From the NCBI RefSeq assembly GCF_004010195.1, contig NC_057756.1, positions 3,081,824-3,145,823 of the forward strand: a stretch of DNA of 64,000 nt, written 5' to 3'. A program made the translations under genes and the position numbers. The notes beneath the pieces were generated by a model. It was not told the origin of the DNA. It saw nothing but the letters and a program-made list of their open reading frames with translations, and did not search any database. Positions 51,469 through 63,330 of this stretch are shown here, in pieces. The DNA is from Chiloscyllium plagiosum. Its lineage: Eukaryota. The first letter of the stretch is position 1. Each line of letters begins with the position of its first letter.

Positions 51469-51610
51469 AGACACATGCTTCCAGGAAGAAAATAACATAA
51501 CGGCAACATTGAGATACACATATCTTCTCGAAAATGCATCTGTTTCAAATATGACTTTTATGGAAGGAAATTTGTTTTCCCTATATGTATAGGTCGATTG
51601 ATGACTTTAG
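51469..51610 (-). pseudogene. GREB1-like exon
   Basis: NFLP*KSY...MLP...FLP vs GREB1 VFLPKLVY...GLP...LLP. Boundaries ccatgcag / gtaagt. Confidence 0.65.
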
Positions 51611-51969
51611 CTGCATGGCAAAGAAACTGACTTTTGACTGAGTACTGCACAATTAAAGAAAAATCAAGTGTTTAAAAGTTTCATTGTCGTCCACATCGCA
51701 TGTATGATGAAATATTTAAGGAAAAATGCTGAAAGTAATTATTTAATTTTGACATTGTGCAGGTACATTCGACCTACTAAATTCGAATAATATGTTTCTC
51801 ACTTTTCTGGATATTTAATTATGTTCTGAACGATATGTTCGAAAAAAAAATCATCTTTTTATGTGCACGTTCATTTAATGAAACTGTTTCTCGCACGTAA
51901 TATCTCACTCCCAATGGTAACACTACAGTTTTCTTAAAAATCAATGATGTTATGAATAGGGAATATAAT

Positions 51970-52305
51970 CGAATCATGGAATACCTACAGTGTGGAAGAA
52001 GACCATTTGGCCCGACAAGGTCACACTGACCCTCTGAAGAGTTGCCCAAAAAACCCATCCCCTACCGAAGATGTACCAAGATGAATTAACATCACCTAGA
52101 TATTCCTCAACACTATACGAAATTAAGCTTCTTCAATGCACATAACATTGTACATCTTCGAACTTTAGCAGGAAACAAAGAGCACTCGGTTTAAAACCAT
52201 GCAGACACAGGGAGAATGTAAACGCTCCACTCAGATACTCACTGGAAGCAAACAAGTGTTTCTGGTATTGTGAGGCAGAAGGACTAATCACAGACACACT
52301 GTTTG
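51970..52305 (-). mobile_element. V-SINE/HE1-type SINE
   Basis: cacactgaccctctgaagag...gcagacacagggagaatgtaaacgctccac...tgtgaggcag. Confidence 0.75.
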
Positions 52306-52354
52306 GGTTCAAATTTGCATAACGTCAGGCTTTGGATGTTGTTGAGCTACTAAC

Positions 52355-52489
52355 CTTCTGATGACCAGCTGAACGTGCTATTTATAGTGTCTTAATTGAA
52401 TTCGTTTGATTTCCATTATACAAAAAAAAACAAAATTGATTTTTCGATCTCACAACAACCATCGGACATAAATGCAATACACGTTATCT
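52355..52489 (-). pseudogene. GREB1-like exon (tentative)
   Basis: R*RVLHL...VVRSKNQ (GREB1 RSLRYCDL...LVRTALEQ). Long pyrimidine tract with CAA at the acceptor; donor gttagt. Confidence 0.45.
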
Positions 52490-52617
52490 TTGCGGGAGAA
52501 AAAAAAAATCAATACATCACTTTTGCTTCTAATTCCTACCGAATTCTCTCTACACTGCACAACGTGAACCGGGCCCCTCCCAACTAAAGATTATGTCCAA
52601 TTCTTATACATACTCAC

Positions 52618-52938
52618 AGGAATTCCTCCGTGCACTGTGATAAACTCCACAATGAATGAACGCAACGTAGGCAATAAAAACACAGTGAAGTGTAAAACAA
52701 AACTGGATTATGTCTTTCTTGTGGGTTTGTTAGTAACAATTTCAAATCAAATGCAATTTTTCATCACGAGGGAAAGCGTTTACAAAAGTGCCTCATGAAC
52801 TTTTGCGGCAGAGACACATATTTGCACCACGCAGATGAAACGCTTCATTCAATTTTGAACAGATGTATGAACGTTTTATTTCAAGTCCCGAATATTATGC
52901 CAATATCTTTCAATTTCCTCCCCATGATATTGCCAGAG
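52618..52938 (-). pseudogene. GREB1-like exon
   Basis: 321 nt, single frame with 5 stops. LWQYH..HTSVQ..AKVHEAL..FEIVTNKP..HGGIP vs GREB1 LVQHY..YTSVE..VVAYERL..FEIILGSP..HGESLP. Boundaries cctccag / gtgagt. Confidence 0.8.
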
Positions 52939-53136
52939 CTGGAGGAAAAGTGCAGAACTAATGGTATGTAGCTTTAACTTTCATTAAATATTATTTGAAC
53001 ACTTGATTGGTTTAATTAGTTTTTCCCTAAAAGAGTTAACTGATACTGGTTTTGTGAAATCGATGAATAGAAAAGAATAAATCTTAGAGCAGTTGATAAC
53101 AAGGCTATGGCAAATTAAGAAAAAAGCTTTGTATAC

Positions 53137-53370
53137 ATAAAAATGCAGGTGACATCATAAGCTCTCATATGAGCTAAAGTTTCTTTCTCTCCACGGTAAA
53201 CACATTCCATCATCTATTTAACATTGCATGAAATCTATATTTCAATATCCCAAAAACTCCAATTCATCGAACTAATTGAAAAATTTAAAAAGCTCGATGG
53301 TGCAGTCCCACGAATATTTTGTTTTCAAGAAATACAGAATTCGATACAAAAACTGGAAACTGGTATCTCT
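53137..53370 (-). pseudogene. GREB1-like exon
   Basis: SNSVFLENKIFVGL...ILKYRFHAML vs GREB1 SNGVDLYHENKKYFGL...LLRYDSSFEAMV. Donor approximate. Confidence 0.75.
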
Positions 53371-53643
53371 CTGTTGTTATGCAATTAAATGAATCTTAAG
53401 TGATTTGCAGTTGCACCGATTACTATGTTAGTGATACAACAGAATAGGACAAAATAAAAGCTATGAAACATGTTATTAAGATAGATCTCGCCCTTTTACC
53501 TTAATCCAAGTTATCCAAGTTTTCTTTTCCCAAGTTCAGGTGAACTTGCTAATTTGTCGCTGTGCACTTGGCCAACTAACTACCAAATGTGCATGTACCA
53601 ATTAACAAGTTATTACTGTCTCATTTTATTCCACCAATATCAC

Positions 53644-53841
53644 CTAACTGTACTTGAGGTCAGAATTTCTTGATGGAATGTACTCAAGGTCTCCAAGCAG
53701 AATCAACTTGCGTTGTAATTCGCATAACAATAACACATTTCTCACATGCCAATGCTGGCGTTAATTCTTCAATTTCAATATTTTTTTGTGATCCCCTCAC
53801 TATATTTATTTCAGTTTCCACTTTATGCATTGACGCATCAT
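53644..53841 (-). pseudogene. GREB1-like exon
   Basis: 198 nt, phase 1-1. VIVMRITT (GREB1 IVTLHVTS). Acceptor catgcag. Confidence 0.55.
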
Positions 53842-53949
53842 CTGCATGTGGATACCAGAAAAAAAATGAAATTACTTTGTATCTTTTTGTTGGTCATTCA
53901 ATGAATATTTTCTCAGATGTTGTCATTATTGTGCAACAGATTGACTACA

Positions 53950-55550
53950 TGTTGTTATATGTCGTTGTTTCATATCTGTTTAACAGTAACTGTATTATAA
54001 TTACATACAATAAGTTAAATTTATGACAGTATAGACGCCTGATCTGGTCTTTTGATCAATCGTTAATTCAAAGGTAATTGGTGTAGTTTACATACTAGTT
54101 GTATCTCTACTACTTCATGTGTCGAGTTACTGTAATTTACAAGAACTGGACATATCATTGTACGATTCATATGCAGAGCTTGAGTAGGATTTCTGTTCGG
54201 TTTGTAGGCAGAGGCATCAACGACGTGGGTTTCATTTGGTTAAACAATAACTCCAAGAAAATTTTGTTGTTGTACTAAACTCGAGACATGACAATGATAA
54301 GAGCAGAACATTCCTGCTGCAAACCATGTGAAGTCAATGGTCGAGTGGTGTTGTCGTGAATGTCGTAATTCGGTTACGGGGTAATGCTTTTGTGAGTCGT
54401 GAAAGAATTCCGTTTTGGAAGCGATCTAAAGTCAGGTCATCACACCTACAAGACGACTGTACAGGTGTGTCTCAATAAATGTGCGTGCTGCAACTTTCTG
54501 CAGTTGTTTCATGACGGATTTCCTTTCATTCTAATTACTACAGTGGATGCATCAACACTGTCACAATGTTTAATTTCATTTACCAGTCCTCTGCCCTTGT
54601 GGCAGACCATATTCAATGCAACGACACTTGGTCAGCATCCAGGGACTTCCTGACAAGTGGAAAATACCTTTCCCATAAATCAGTTGCCAAGTAGTGGGTT
54701 ACAACAACCTAACCATGGCAACTAGACACTCAATATTTTTAGAATCAAGGAACGCCAATTTTGCAAAGTCCATGGGTTTACAAATTGCTAACAATAATTA
54801 CACTGGACTTCCGACATAATTATAGCAGCTGCAACACTATATTAGAGTTTCGGATTTCTCCAACGAAAAATACATCACCTTACTGTCCATCCCTGTCAAC
54901 AAACTACAAATCTCAAGCAAGGACTGTGATTAAGTGTTCAAATGTGCCCAGAATTTTGAACAACATTCGAGAAGTTTGATTCCACCAACAAGAAAACATC
55001 GAACTTGTTTGATACTACATCCACAAATCATCACTCCCTCTAAATCCAAGGGTCAGTGGAAGCAATGTTTGCATTTTTCGGATTGCGTTGCAGAAATTCA
55101 CCAAAGCTTCCGAGAAAGTAACTTCTAATCAAAGTTCAACTTCCTGTGAGAAAGATAAGGATAATAGATCAATCTGAAAGCACCATTGCAAATCCCTCTA
55201 TAAGACAACCATAGCAACTACTTCTAAAGATATTGTCATTCCTACATTCACTTTTGGGACAAATGCAAGATTTCCTTTCTAACAACTTCGTAGATCCACC
55301 TTAAAAACACGGGCTGCAGCAGATCAACAATTCATTATATTCACCAATTTCTCTTCGTCTAAATATGAGGATACAAGTGTTCAATGTTCGAGCTCTGCTT
55401 GTTGTGTGAAAGAATTCTTGCTTCTCTTTGAGAATGCATGCCAAAGCGTCGGACCTCATTATCATTATCATATAATTTCCGACCGCACTTGCTACATAAG
55501 ACGTTGTCCTTGTTTTTCAGTCGACATGTGTTCACATATCATAAGGATGT
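53950..55550 (-). pseudogene. GREB1-like exon remnants split by a CR1-type insertion (~54340-55350)
   Basis: VRRF...ARILSH (GREB1 IRPF..QKLLSH) before the insert; LIIVMSRV*YNN, VQ*YV and NLLYVII (GREB1 LICIPPSEVTYQQ, VEQYV, HTLFVLI) after it. Confidence 0.6.
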
Positions 55551-55596
55551 AAATACAGATTTTTTTGGCCTGGCCATTCATCAGAAGAATGCATAC

Positions 55597-55713
55597 CAAA
55601 CGGAATTCACTCTACATTAATGGTTACTCCATTTTCCCTCACGAATAACCATTCAAGGATTCAACTTGCAAATGCAATAATACCAGATCCTCGTCTCCCA
55701 CCTCTAGTTACAT
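55597..55713 (-). pseudogene. GREB1-like exon (tentative)
   Basis: IAFAS*ILEWL...INVE (GREB1 YQARILSESL...VNYE). Boundaries tcacag / gtatgc. Confidence 0.45.
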
Positions 55714-55999
55714 CTGTGAATTCTTTCAGTGAGTACAGAGGCATAGCGCCACAGATTTGTACAGTGTGAAAACATGCAGTAGTGCACGCTGACCAAGTTA
55801 CGAAACCAAACTTGCTTGTGTTTTGCCTCTATCCCTCCAAATCTTTACTTTTCATTTATTTATCCAAATGTATTTTAAATGCTGCAAAAAGTTAAATACG
55901 GTACAATTCTCAATAGAATTTCAACAAAAATCCATAACCCACTTATTTATATAGATTTATACAAATAATAGTAAGGTCAAACTCTTAAAGAAAACACTT

Positions 56000-56202
56000 A
56001 ACTGGGAAGATGTTGAGAACTGGAAAATGACGAACTAAATGCCCTGCTTAAGTAGACAACGAGGCGAAAGACAGCAAGCCAGATGCCATTTAACATGACT
56101 TTGGTCGTTAGTACGATTTTACTGGCCACTGTTATGCTTGAAATTGCGGAGAACAGTAATCTAAATTGACGGTGAATTAAAGGCTGGTCATCGTTATCAA
56201 AT
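56000..56202 (-). pseudogene. GREB1-like most upstream recognisable exon
   Basis: DQPLI...GIWLAVFRLVV vs GREB1 QIPLI...GLSEMFRLLV. Acceptor ctgacag; 3' boundary uncertain. Confidence 0.6.
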
Positions 56203-56249
56203 CTGTCAGAATTACTTCAAGTGGTAACAACGGATAAACAATTAGTTTA

Positions 56250-57850
56250 TTCCATTTGTATTTACAGACAGATCTTGCCAAGGTACCATAAGGGTGCTGA
56301 GAATTACAATAAGACACCATGATATTGCCAGCAAGGTAGTATCATGGAAAGAGGGTTATAGAATTGGCAGAAAGCAGAGAGCAGGAGCAAAGTCTTTTTC
56401 AGGATTGCAGTCATAGACTGATGGAAGTCCACAGGTCTCTTTAATGGTTCCACAATAATGCATGATTCGGATGTAGGAATTGATAGTACTGCTGGTAATT
56501 TTCAATATGACACAAAGATAGCTGAAGCGACATGTAGTGTTCATGTAGTTTGGTAAACTGCTGTAAGACTTGTCAACTTAAGAGCGTGAGCAAGGAAGTC
56601 GCAGATAGAATCATGGAAACAGTCGTATCAATAAGTCATCACTAATACCCAAAAATCCATTTACCACCATCTAGCCCATATATTTGCCAGCGCTTTCCAT
56701 TCACGTACCGATCCAGATGCCACTAAAAGTTGCTCTTATACCAGCCTACAATTTTTCCTTCTGATAACTTATCCCAAACATGCAATACACTCTGCGTGAA
56801 AATGTTGTCCTTTAGGTCCATCCTGAAACTTTTTGGTCTCAAATTAAACCTCTGCTCTCTAGTTGTGGATGCTGTACATTGGGAAAACCATCTCTTTTCA
56901 TCCATGTATGCCTCTCACAATTTTATGAATTTTTCGAAGGCAATTCCTCAGCTTCTGTCACTTTTGCAAAATTCACCCCAGCTTATTTAAACTCTCCCCA
57001 TTGCTCAGAGCTTCCAACTCTGGCAACATCTTTGTAAAACGTTTCTTCATCCTTTGATGTTTAACAATATATTTACTATCACAAGGAGACAAGTATAGAA
57101 AACAGAGTTCGAAAATTGGCATAAGTAATCTCCTTTACAACTGCAAAATAGGATCCCAAGTGCGATTCATAGTACATTTGCCAGTAACAGCAAGTGTGCA
57201 AAAATCCTTCTTCGCTACCTTGTCTAACTGTGAGTTCACATTCAAGGAACTATGAACCTATAAGCCAATGACTCTTTGCTCAGCAGTACTATCCAGTACC
57301 CTACCATTAAGTATTTGCAGCTTTGATTTTCCTGACCAAAATGAAAAATCACACATTTATCTAAATTAATCTACTCGACCGATCAGAATAAACAGATAAA
57401 TCTCTTTCTGTCAGGTCCCATTTTACTCTGATATAACTTCGTTCACTGTCCTCTACACCAACAATTTTGGTCTCATCTGTAAACGTACTCACAATTCCTC
57501 CAATGATTCGAACTAAATCATTTATTTCAATGATGAAAAATCAGTGGACACATCACTGATGCTTGTGGCACACCGTGGTTGCAGCTCTTCACTCCAAATT
57601 GCAACCGTTTGCCATTGACATTCGACTCCTCTCTTCAACCTAACTTCATGTCCAGAGGGCCATCAATCTCGGAATTCCATGCAATCTAACTTGCCTAACT
57701 GATTTAGCATGTGGTATGTGTCCACATGCTTTGCTGAAGTCCATTGAGAACATCTCAAATGTTCTGCCTTCATTGATTTTCTATGTCATTTCTTGAAAAG
57801 CCTCAAACAAATAACTGAGGCGTGACCTTTAGCATTCACAAGCACGTTGA
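56250..57850. mobile_element. CR1-type fragments (+ 56250-56620; - 56620-57850)
   Basis: Degenerate RT and 3' sequence similar to the other CR1 copies. Confidence 0.7.
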
Positions 57851-60800
57851 CCTCATTTTTTTTTTCACTGAACTCGTCCTTCTTTTAAAATACAGTTCCT
57901 TTCCTCAAGGATACGGTGTCCTTGTTTTTGTGGGGTTGTGAAACCGCACATGCTCAGAATCGGTTGAAGTGGTACAGAGATGAGAAGGGCTTTGGAAGGC
58001 CAATTTGCTTACACTTAAACAGATCAGACTGGAAGTCAAATTTTTATCTTGTAGAAGTATCCTGATTAATGAAAGGGGAGGCTGAAGTCTGCTTTACAGC
58101 CAGTTGAAGAAGAGGCTGTGTGGAAGAAGGCTGGAAACCTCTCTCTCCTTCCCCCCTCCCAAACTCGACCTATCATCCTCTGTTTCATTTTTATTCTGTT
58201 GAAAAAGAGTTCGCTTATTTGGGATTGTTGTATATTTTCGAAAAGTATAATTAACTTCAGTTTGCGTAGACTGAGTTCTGTGGGTATTCTATCTTCTGCT
58301 CTTTGTGTTCCTTCCGTAATTCTGTGATTTTTCTTTTGTCTGCTTTAAATCCTGGTGGTCAACCTAGCCAGGACGTGGAAGCCTTTCTCATCTCCTTTTG
58401 AAAAATTGGCTAAACAAATGCAGTGACAAGTTACCATGTAGGTTTTTATGATGCAAGCAAACTTGTAAGTGAGGTCTTTACACCACTCTCGGAGGAGGTA
58501 TCTCGGGAGTATGAGTAGGTGAAAACGCCATCTTAAATGTTATATGACCTTGTACCCTAAGCCGATAGAAAGTGTTTCAGGAATCTATGAAGTGACCCTG
58601 CTCAAATCAATATTGAGATTGAAAGGATCAAACGACATTTTCGATATATGGATAAGATGTTTTTAAAAATAAAGCAAACCTATGACGCCCGTAGACAGGA
58701 ATTATTTTGGAGGAATTCAAATATTCACTGCCTGAAGCAGCACAAACTCAATAGGAAGAGCCAAAATTTAAAACGGCAAGGTTGGATTGTGGAGAGACTA
58801 ATGATTATGAGCTGGGCCACAAAAGACAGTTTGGCTTGTGAGTGAATTTCTGTCCATGTGGGATTGAAATGGGGGCAAGGAGAAATCCTCCTGTGGAAAG
58901 GGAAAGTTAGACCTCAGTGAATATCAGAAGGATAACGTCCCCAGGGTAAAACAGAAAAGCTTAACGGGGACGAAGAAGGTATAAAGCTTAGGTGTTGACA
59001 TCGTTATGAAATGGGCCACATGAAATCACGGTGGTGATAGGCCGAGTGTAAGCCAGATGTAGCTAAACAGGATAAGCCTGGAAGATTTGTTGACTTGCTA
59101 ACAGAAAGCAGTGAGGACTCTCAAAAGCTGTATCAGAGTGCGCAAGATAATCAGAGATTCATTAAGGAGGAAATGCCAGATCTGCTTAAAAATATACCAG
59201 CAAAAGTAAGGTTTATTAATATAGGCTAGGGGTAGCAGCTATAGAGGTTAAAAATATAACGGCAAAAGTAACGTTTATTCCTATAGTCTAGCGGTAGCAG
59301 CTACAGAGGTTGCACTATTAAGGGACACGGGATCCTCTCAGTCTGTAACGTTGAAATGAGCAGATGTGTACTCCTGAAGGATTATTGCCAGAAATAGTAC
59401 TAGTCGAGTATTAATGGTGAGAATAAAAGCGGTCAATTACGTAAAGTGAGGCTGGAGTGTCCAGAAAAGAGTGGACAATTTGTTGTAGGGGTACTTGGCA
59501 AACTGTCAGCTCAATGAATACAATTTGTCCTTGGAAATGATATAGCTGATTTACCAGTAAGCGTGGTGCCTAACCTTGTTGATAGCCTATGGAGATAGAC
59601 AACTGAAGCACTACAGGATGTTTGTCCAGGATTCTTCCCAGATTGTGTCTTAATGAGATTGCACTCACAATCTGAAGCAGAAGAGATCCAAGCACAACAA
59701 TAAGGTAGCTAAACTAACATTGCCAAAGACATTTTCTGATCAGATAGGTGGGAAATAGCAGGATCTAAATGTGAAAAATGCAGGTATTTAAGCTCTATTT
59801 AAGCTTATTGAGATACAGCAGAAAGATGAAAACTGAGCTCAATTTCTCAAAAGGCATACGCATGGCAGGATCATGAATGCATCCCTGTGTATTATGACAT
59901 AAATATGATGTGTAATGAGGAAATGGGAATCATCGCACATTGAAACAGATGTGAAATAGGCAAAAATTCATCAAATTGTTTTTCCTGCAGGTTATCGAAA
60001 GGAAGTGCTGCGACTGGCGCATGAGCTCCACTTAGAGGTGATTTAGGAGTGAGGAAAACACAGGCTAGCGTACAAAGTCATTTTTAATGGCCTGCACTTC
60101 ACATGGATATACATGAAAGTTTTCCAGGTGTGTCATATATGTCAGCTAATTGGAGAAACCAAAGGCAGTACTAAAACCTATACATTTAATACATCTTCAG
60201 CATTTGAGAAACCTTTTACAGGAGTCAAGATTGATTGCATCTGTCCGCTACCACACAAAAAAAAGTGACAGTAAGATTTTATTAACAATAACGTATGCAG
60301 CAACGAGATTTCCCAAGGCTGTCCCATTATGTTATACCAGCAGCGAATGGTTTGTAGAAGAAATACTCCTATTTTAACTGTGGAGTGAAGAAACATGATC
60401 GTTAAAATTGATTAAGGCGAAATTATAAAGTCAGAATTCAGAGACGAGTCATTTTGACTGTGTGTCAAATTTTAACAAAACGACTAAGTAAAGCGAGGGA
60501 GTTGGCTAGGCAGCATTTTTAAGTATCGCAGCATACAATGAAACTGGAAGCAGAAAGGAAAGCAAACAAAATTCGCAATTTTGCCATTTGGGAATAAGGA
60601 ATTAGTGTTACTTCCAGTAATAGGCGACCCTTTAAAAGCAAAATTTACTCGACTCTATCAAATCAAGGGAAAATTGAATGGAGTGGACCACTTAATAAGG
60701 ACTCTGGACATCAAGAAATTTCACAGAATGTGTAATGTGGATGTGCTCAAAAGGTATTTTGACAGAGAAGGAAGCAATAAGGTAAGGTTTTAATGGTTAC

Positions 60801-60940
60801 GGCTCAGAAGGAAGAAGCAATTCACATGATATTGAATTAGACATTCCGTAACTCAAACTGGACAATGACGAAGTTATCAAGAATGTGACAAAGTACTGAA
60901 TTATCTTCCACAAGAAAATCGATATGACCTGAAAGAGTGT
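57850..60940 (+). mobile_element. Gmr1-like Ty3/Gypsy element: possible LTR, gag, protease, integrase
   Basis: LLRDTGSSQS (PR); VLRLAHE..LGVRKTQ..HF*WP (IN zinc-binding); VKIDCICPLP, ATRFPKAVPL (IN core); LVLLPVIGDPLKAKFTRLYQI (GPY/F-like). Confidence 0.85.
59186..59311 (+). repeat. ~62-bp diverged tandem duplication within the Gypsy relic
   Basis: Two adjacent units aaaaatata..gcaaaagtaa.gtttatt..tatag.ctag.ggtagcagcta.agaggtt. Confidence 0.85.
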
Positions 60941-63330
60941 ACAAGAATGTTTTCTGATTCAGTATGTGGATATACCTACTGAGAAGGTGCATAACTTGAT
61001 CTACCCATGGGAAATAAGGCAGGGCATGTGACTGACGTGCCAGTGGGCGCGCACTTTTGGGTCCGCGACCATAATTCTATTACTTTTAAGAGAGTGATTG
61101 AAGAGGATAGAACAGAGCTCAAAGTTGAATTTCCAAATTGGAGAAAGGCCAATTTTAATGGGACGAAGCAAGAACATTCAAAAGCTGGTTGGGCACAGAT
61201 TTTTGGAGGTAAAGAGACTGCTGGAAAATGGCAAGCCTTCAGAATTGAGATAACGAGAGTCCAGAAAAAGTATATTCCTGTTATGGTAAAAGGAAAGCCT
61301 GATAGGTATACAGAATGCTGGACGACGAAAGAAATTGAGGTTTTGGTTAAGAAAAAGAAGGAAGCATATGTCAGGTATAGACTGGGTAGATCGTGTGAAT
61401 CCTTAGAAGAGTATAAAGACATTAGGAATATACATAATAGAGGAATCAGGAGTGCAAAAAGAGACATGAGATAGCTTTGTCAAATAGAAATAAGAAGAAT
61501 CCAAAGGGTCTTTCCAACACATTAAGGAACAAAGGGTAACTAAGGAGAGAATATAGACCCCGAAGGTCAAAAAGGTGGCATTTGTGTGGAGCCGCATGAG
61601 ATGGGGGAGACATTAACGAGTATTTTGCATCAGTATTTACTGTGAAAATAGACATGGAAGATATATAATGTTGGGAAATAAAAGGTGACATCTTGAAAAC
61701 TGTCCACATTTCAGAGGAGGAAGTGTTGGATGTCTTGAAACGAACTACAATGGATAAATGCCCAGGACCTGATCTGATGTACTCTAGAACTCTGTGTAAC
61801 CTAGAGAAGTGATAGCCGGGCCTCTTACGGAGATATTTGTATCATTGTTAGTCATAGGTGAGGTGCGGGAAGACTGGAGGTTGGCTAACGTGTTGCCATC
61901 ATTTAAGAAACGAGGTAAGGACAAGCCAGGGAACGATAGAACAGTGAGACTGACGTCGCTTTTAGGCAAGTTGTTGGAGGGTATCCTGAGCGATACGGTG
62001 TACATGCACTAGAAAATGCAAGAACTGATTGGGGATAGTCAACATAGCTTTGTGCATTGGAAATCATTTCTCACAAACCCGATTGAGTTTTTTCAAGAAG
62101 TAACAAAGAGGATTGTTGAGGGCAGAGAGGTAGATGTGACCTATATGAACTTGAGAAAGGTGTTCTACAAGGTTCGTCATGGACGACTGGTTAGTAAAGT
62201 TAGATCTCATGGAATAAAGGGAGAAATTGCCTTTTCGATATAGATCTGGCTCAGAAGCAGAAAACAGAGTGTAGTGGTTGAGGGTTGTTTTTCAGACTGG
62301 AAGCCTGCGACCAGTGGAGCGCTGCAAGGATTAATGCTGTGTCCAATACTTTTCATCATTCATATAAAGGATTTCGAAATGAGCATAAGAGATATAGTTC
62401 GTAAGTTTGCAGATGACGCCAAAATTGGAGGTGTAGTGGACAGCAAAGAAGGTTCACTTAGATTACAACCCTATTTTGAACAGATCCGCCAATGGGGTGA
62501 GAAGTACCAGGTGAATTTTAATTTAGGTAAATGTGAGGTGCTGCATTTTAGGAAAGCAAATGTAAGCAGGACTTATACTCCTAATGATATGGTCCTCGGA
62601 AGCGTTGATGTACAAAGAGACGTTGGAGTGCATGTTCATAGCTCCTTGAATGTGGAGTTGCAGTTCAATAGGGTAGTGAAGAAGGCGTTCGGTATGCTTT
62701 CCTTTATCGGTCAGAGTATTAAGTATAGGAGTTCAGAGGTGATGCTTCCTCTGTTCAGACATTGGTTAGGCCACTATTGGAATATTTCATGCAGTTCCGG
62801 TCTCCTTCCTATCGGAAAGATGTTCTGAAACGTGAAAGGGTTCAGAAAAGGTTGACAAAGATGTTGCCAGAGTTGGAGGATTTGAGCTGTAGGTAGATGC
62901 TGAATAGGCTAGGGCTGTTTTCCCTAGAGCATCGGAAGTTGCAGGGTGACCTTATAGAGGTTTGTAAAATCATGAGGGGCAGGCATAGGATAAATAGGCA
63001 AAGTCTTTTCGCTGGGTTGGAGAGTCCAGAACTAGCGGGCGTAGATTTAGGGTGAGAAGGGAAAGAATAAAAGAGACCTGAGGGGCAACTTTTTCACACA
63101 GAATGTGGCATGTGCATGGAATGAGCTTCCAGAGTAAATCATGGATATTGTACAAATGCAACATTTAAAAGTCATCTGCATGGTGTATGAATAGGAAGGT
63201 TTTGGTGAGATATGAGCCAGATGCTGGCAGGTGGGACTAGATTGTATTGGGATATCTGGTCGGCATGGACAAGTTGGACCAAAGCGTCTGTTTCTGTGCT
63301 GTACACCTCTATGACTCAATGACTCTATGA
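60940..63330 (+). mobile_element. 5'-truncated CR1 LINE nested in the Gypsy element
   Basis: EDWRLANVLPSFKK, QHSFVHWKSFLTNPIEFF, GALQG..., KFADDAKIGG, and a tail of (ctctatga)-like repeats. Confidence 0.95.

Larger units (their letters stand above)
32429..56202 (-). pseudogene. GREB1-like: GREB1/GREB1L-family unprocessed pseudogene (divergent, compact paralog; 5' end not found)
   Basis: About 18 exon remnants, mostly with canonical AG/GT and largely compatible phases. Their translations match human GREB1 collinearly from FRLLV to DRPLFFL. Multiple stops, frameshifts and broken splice sites. Confidence 0.88.
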
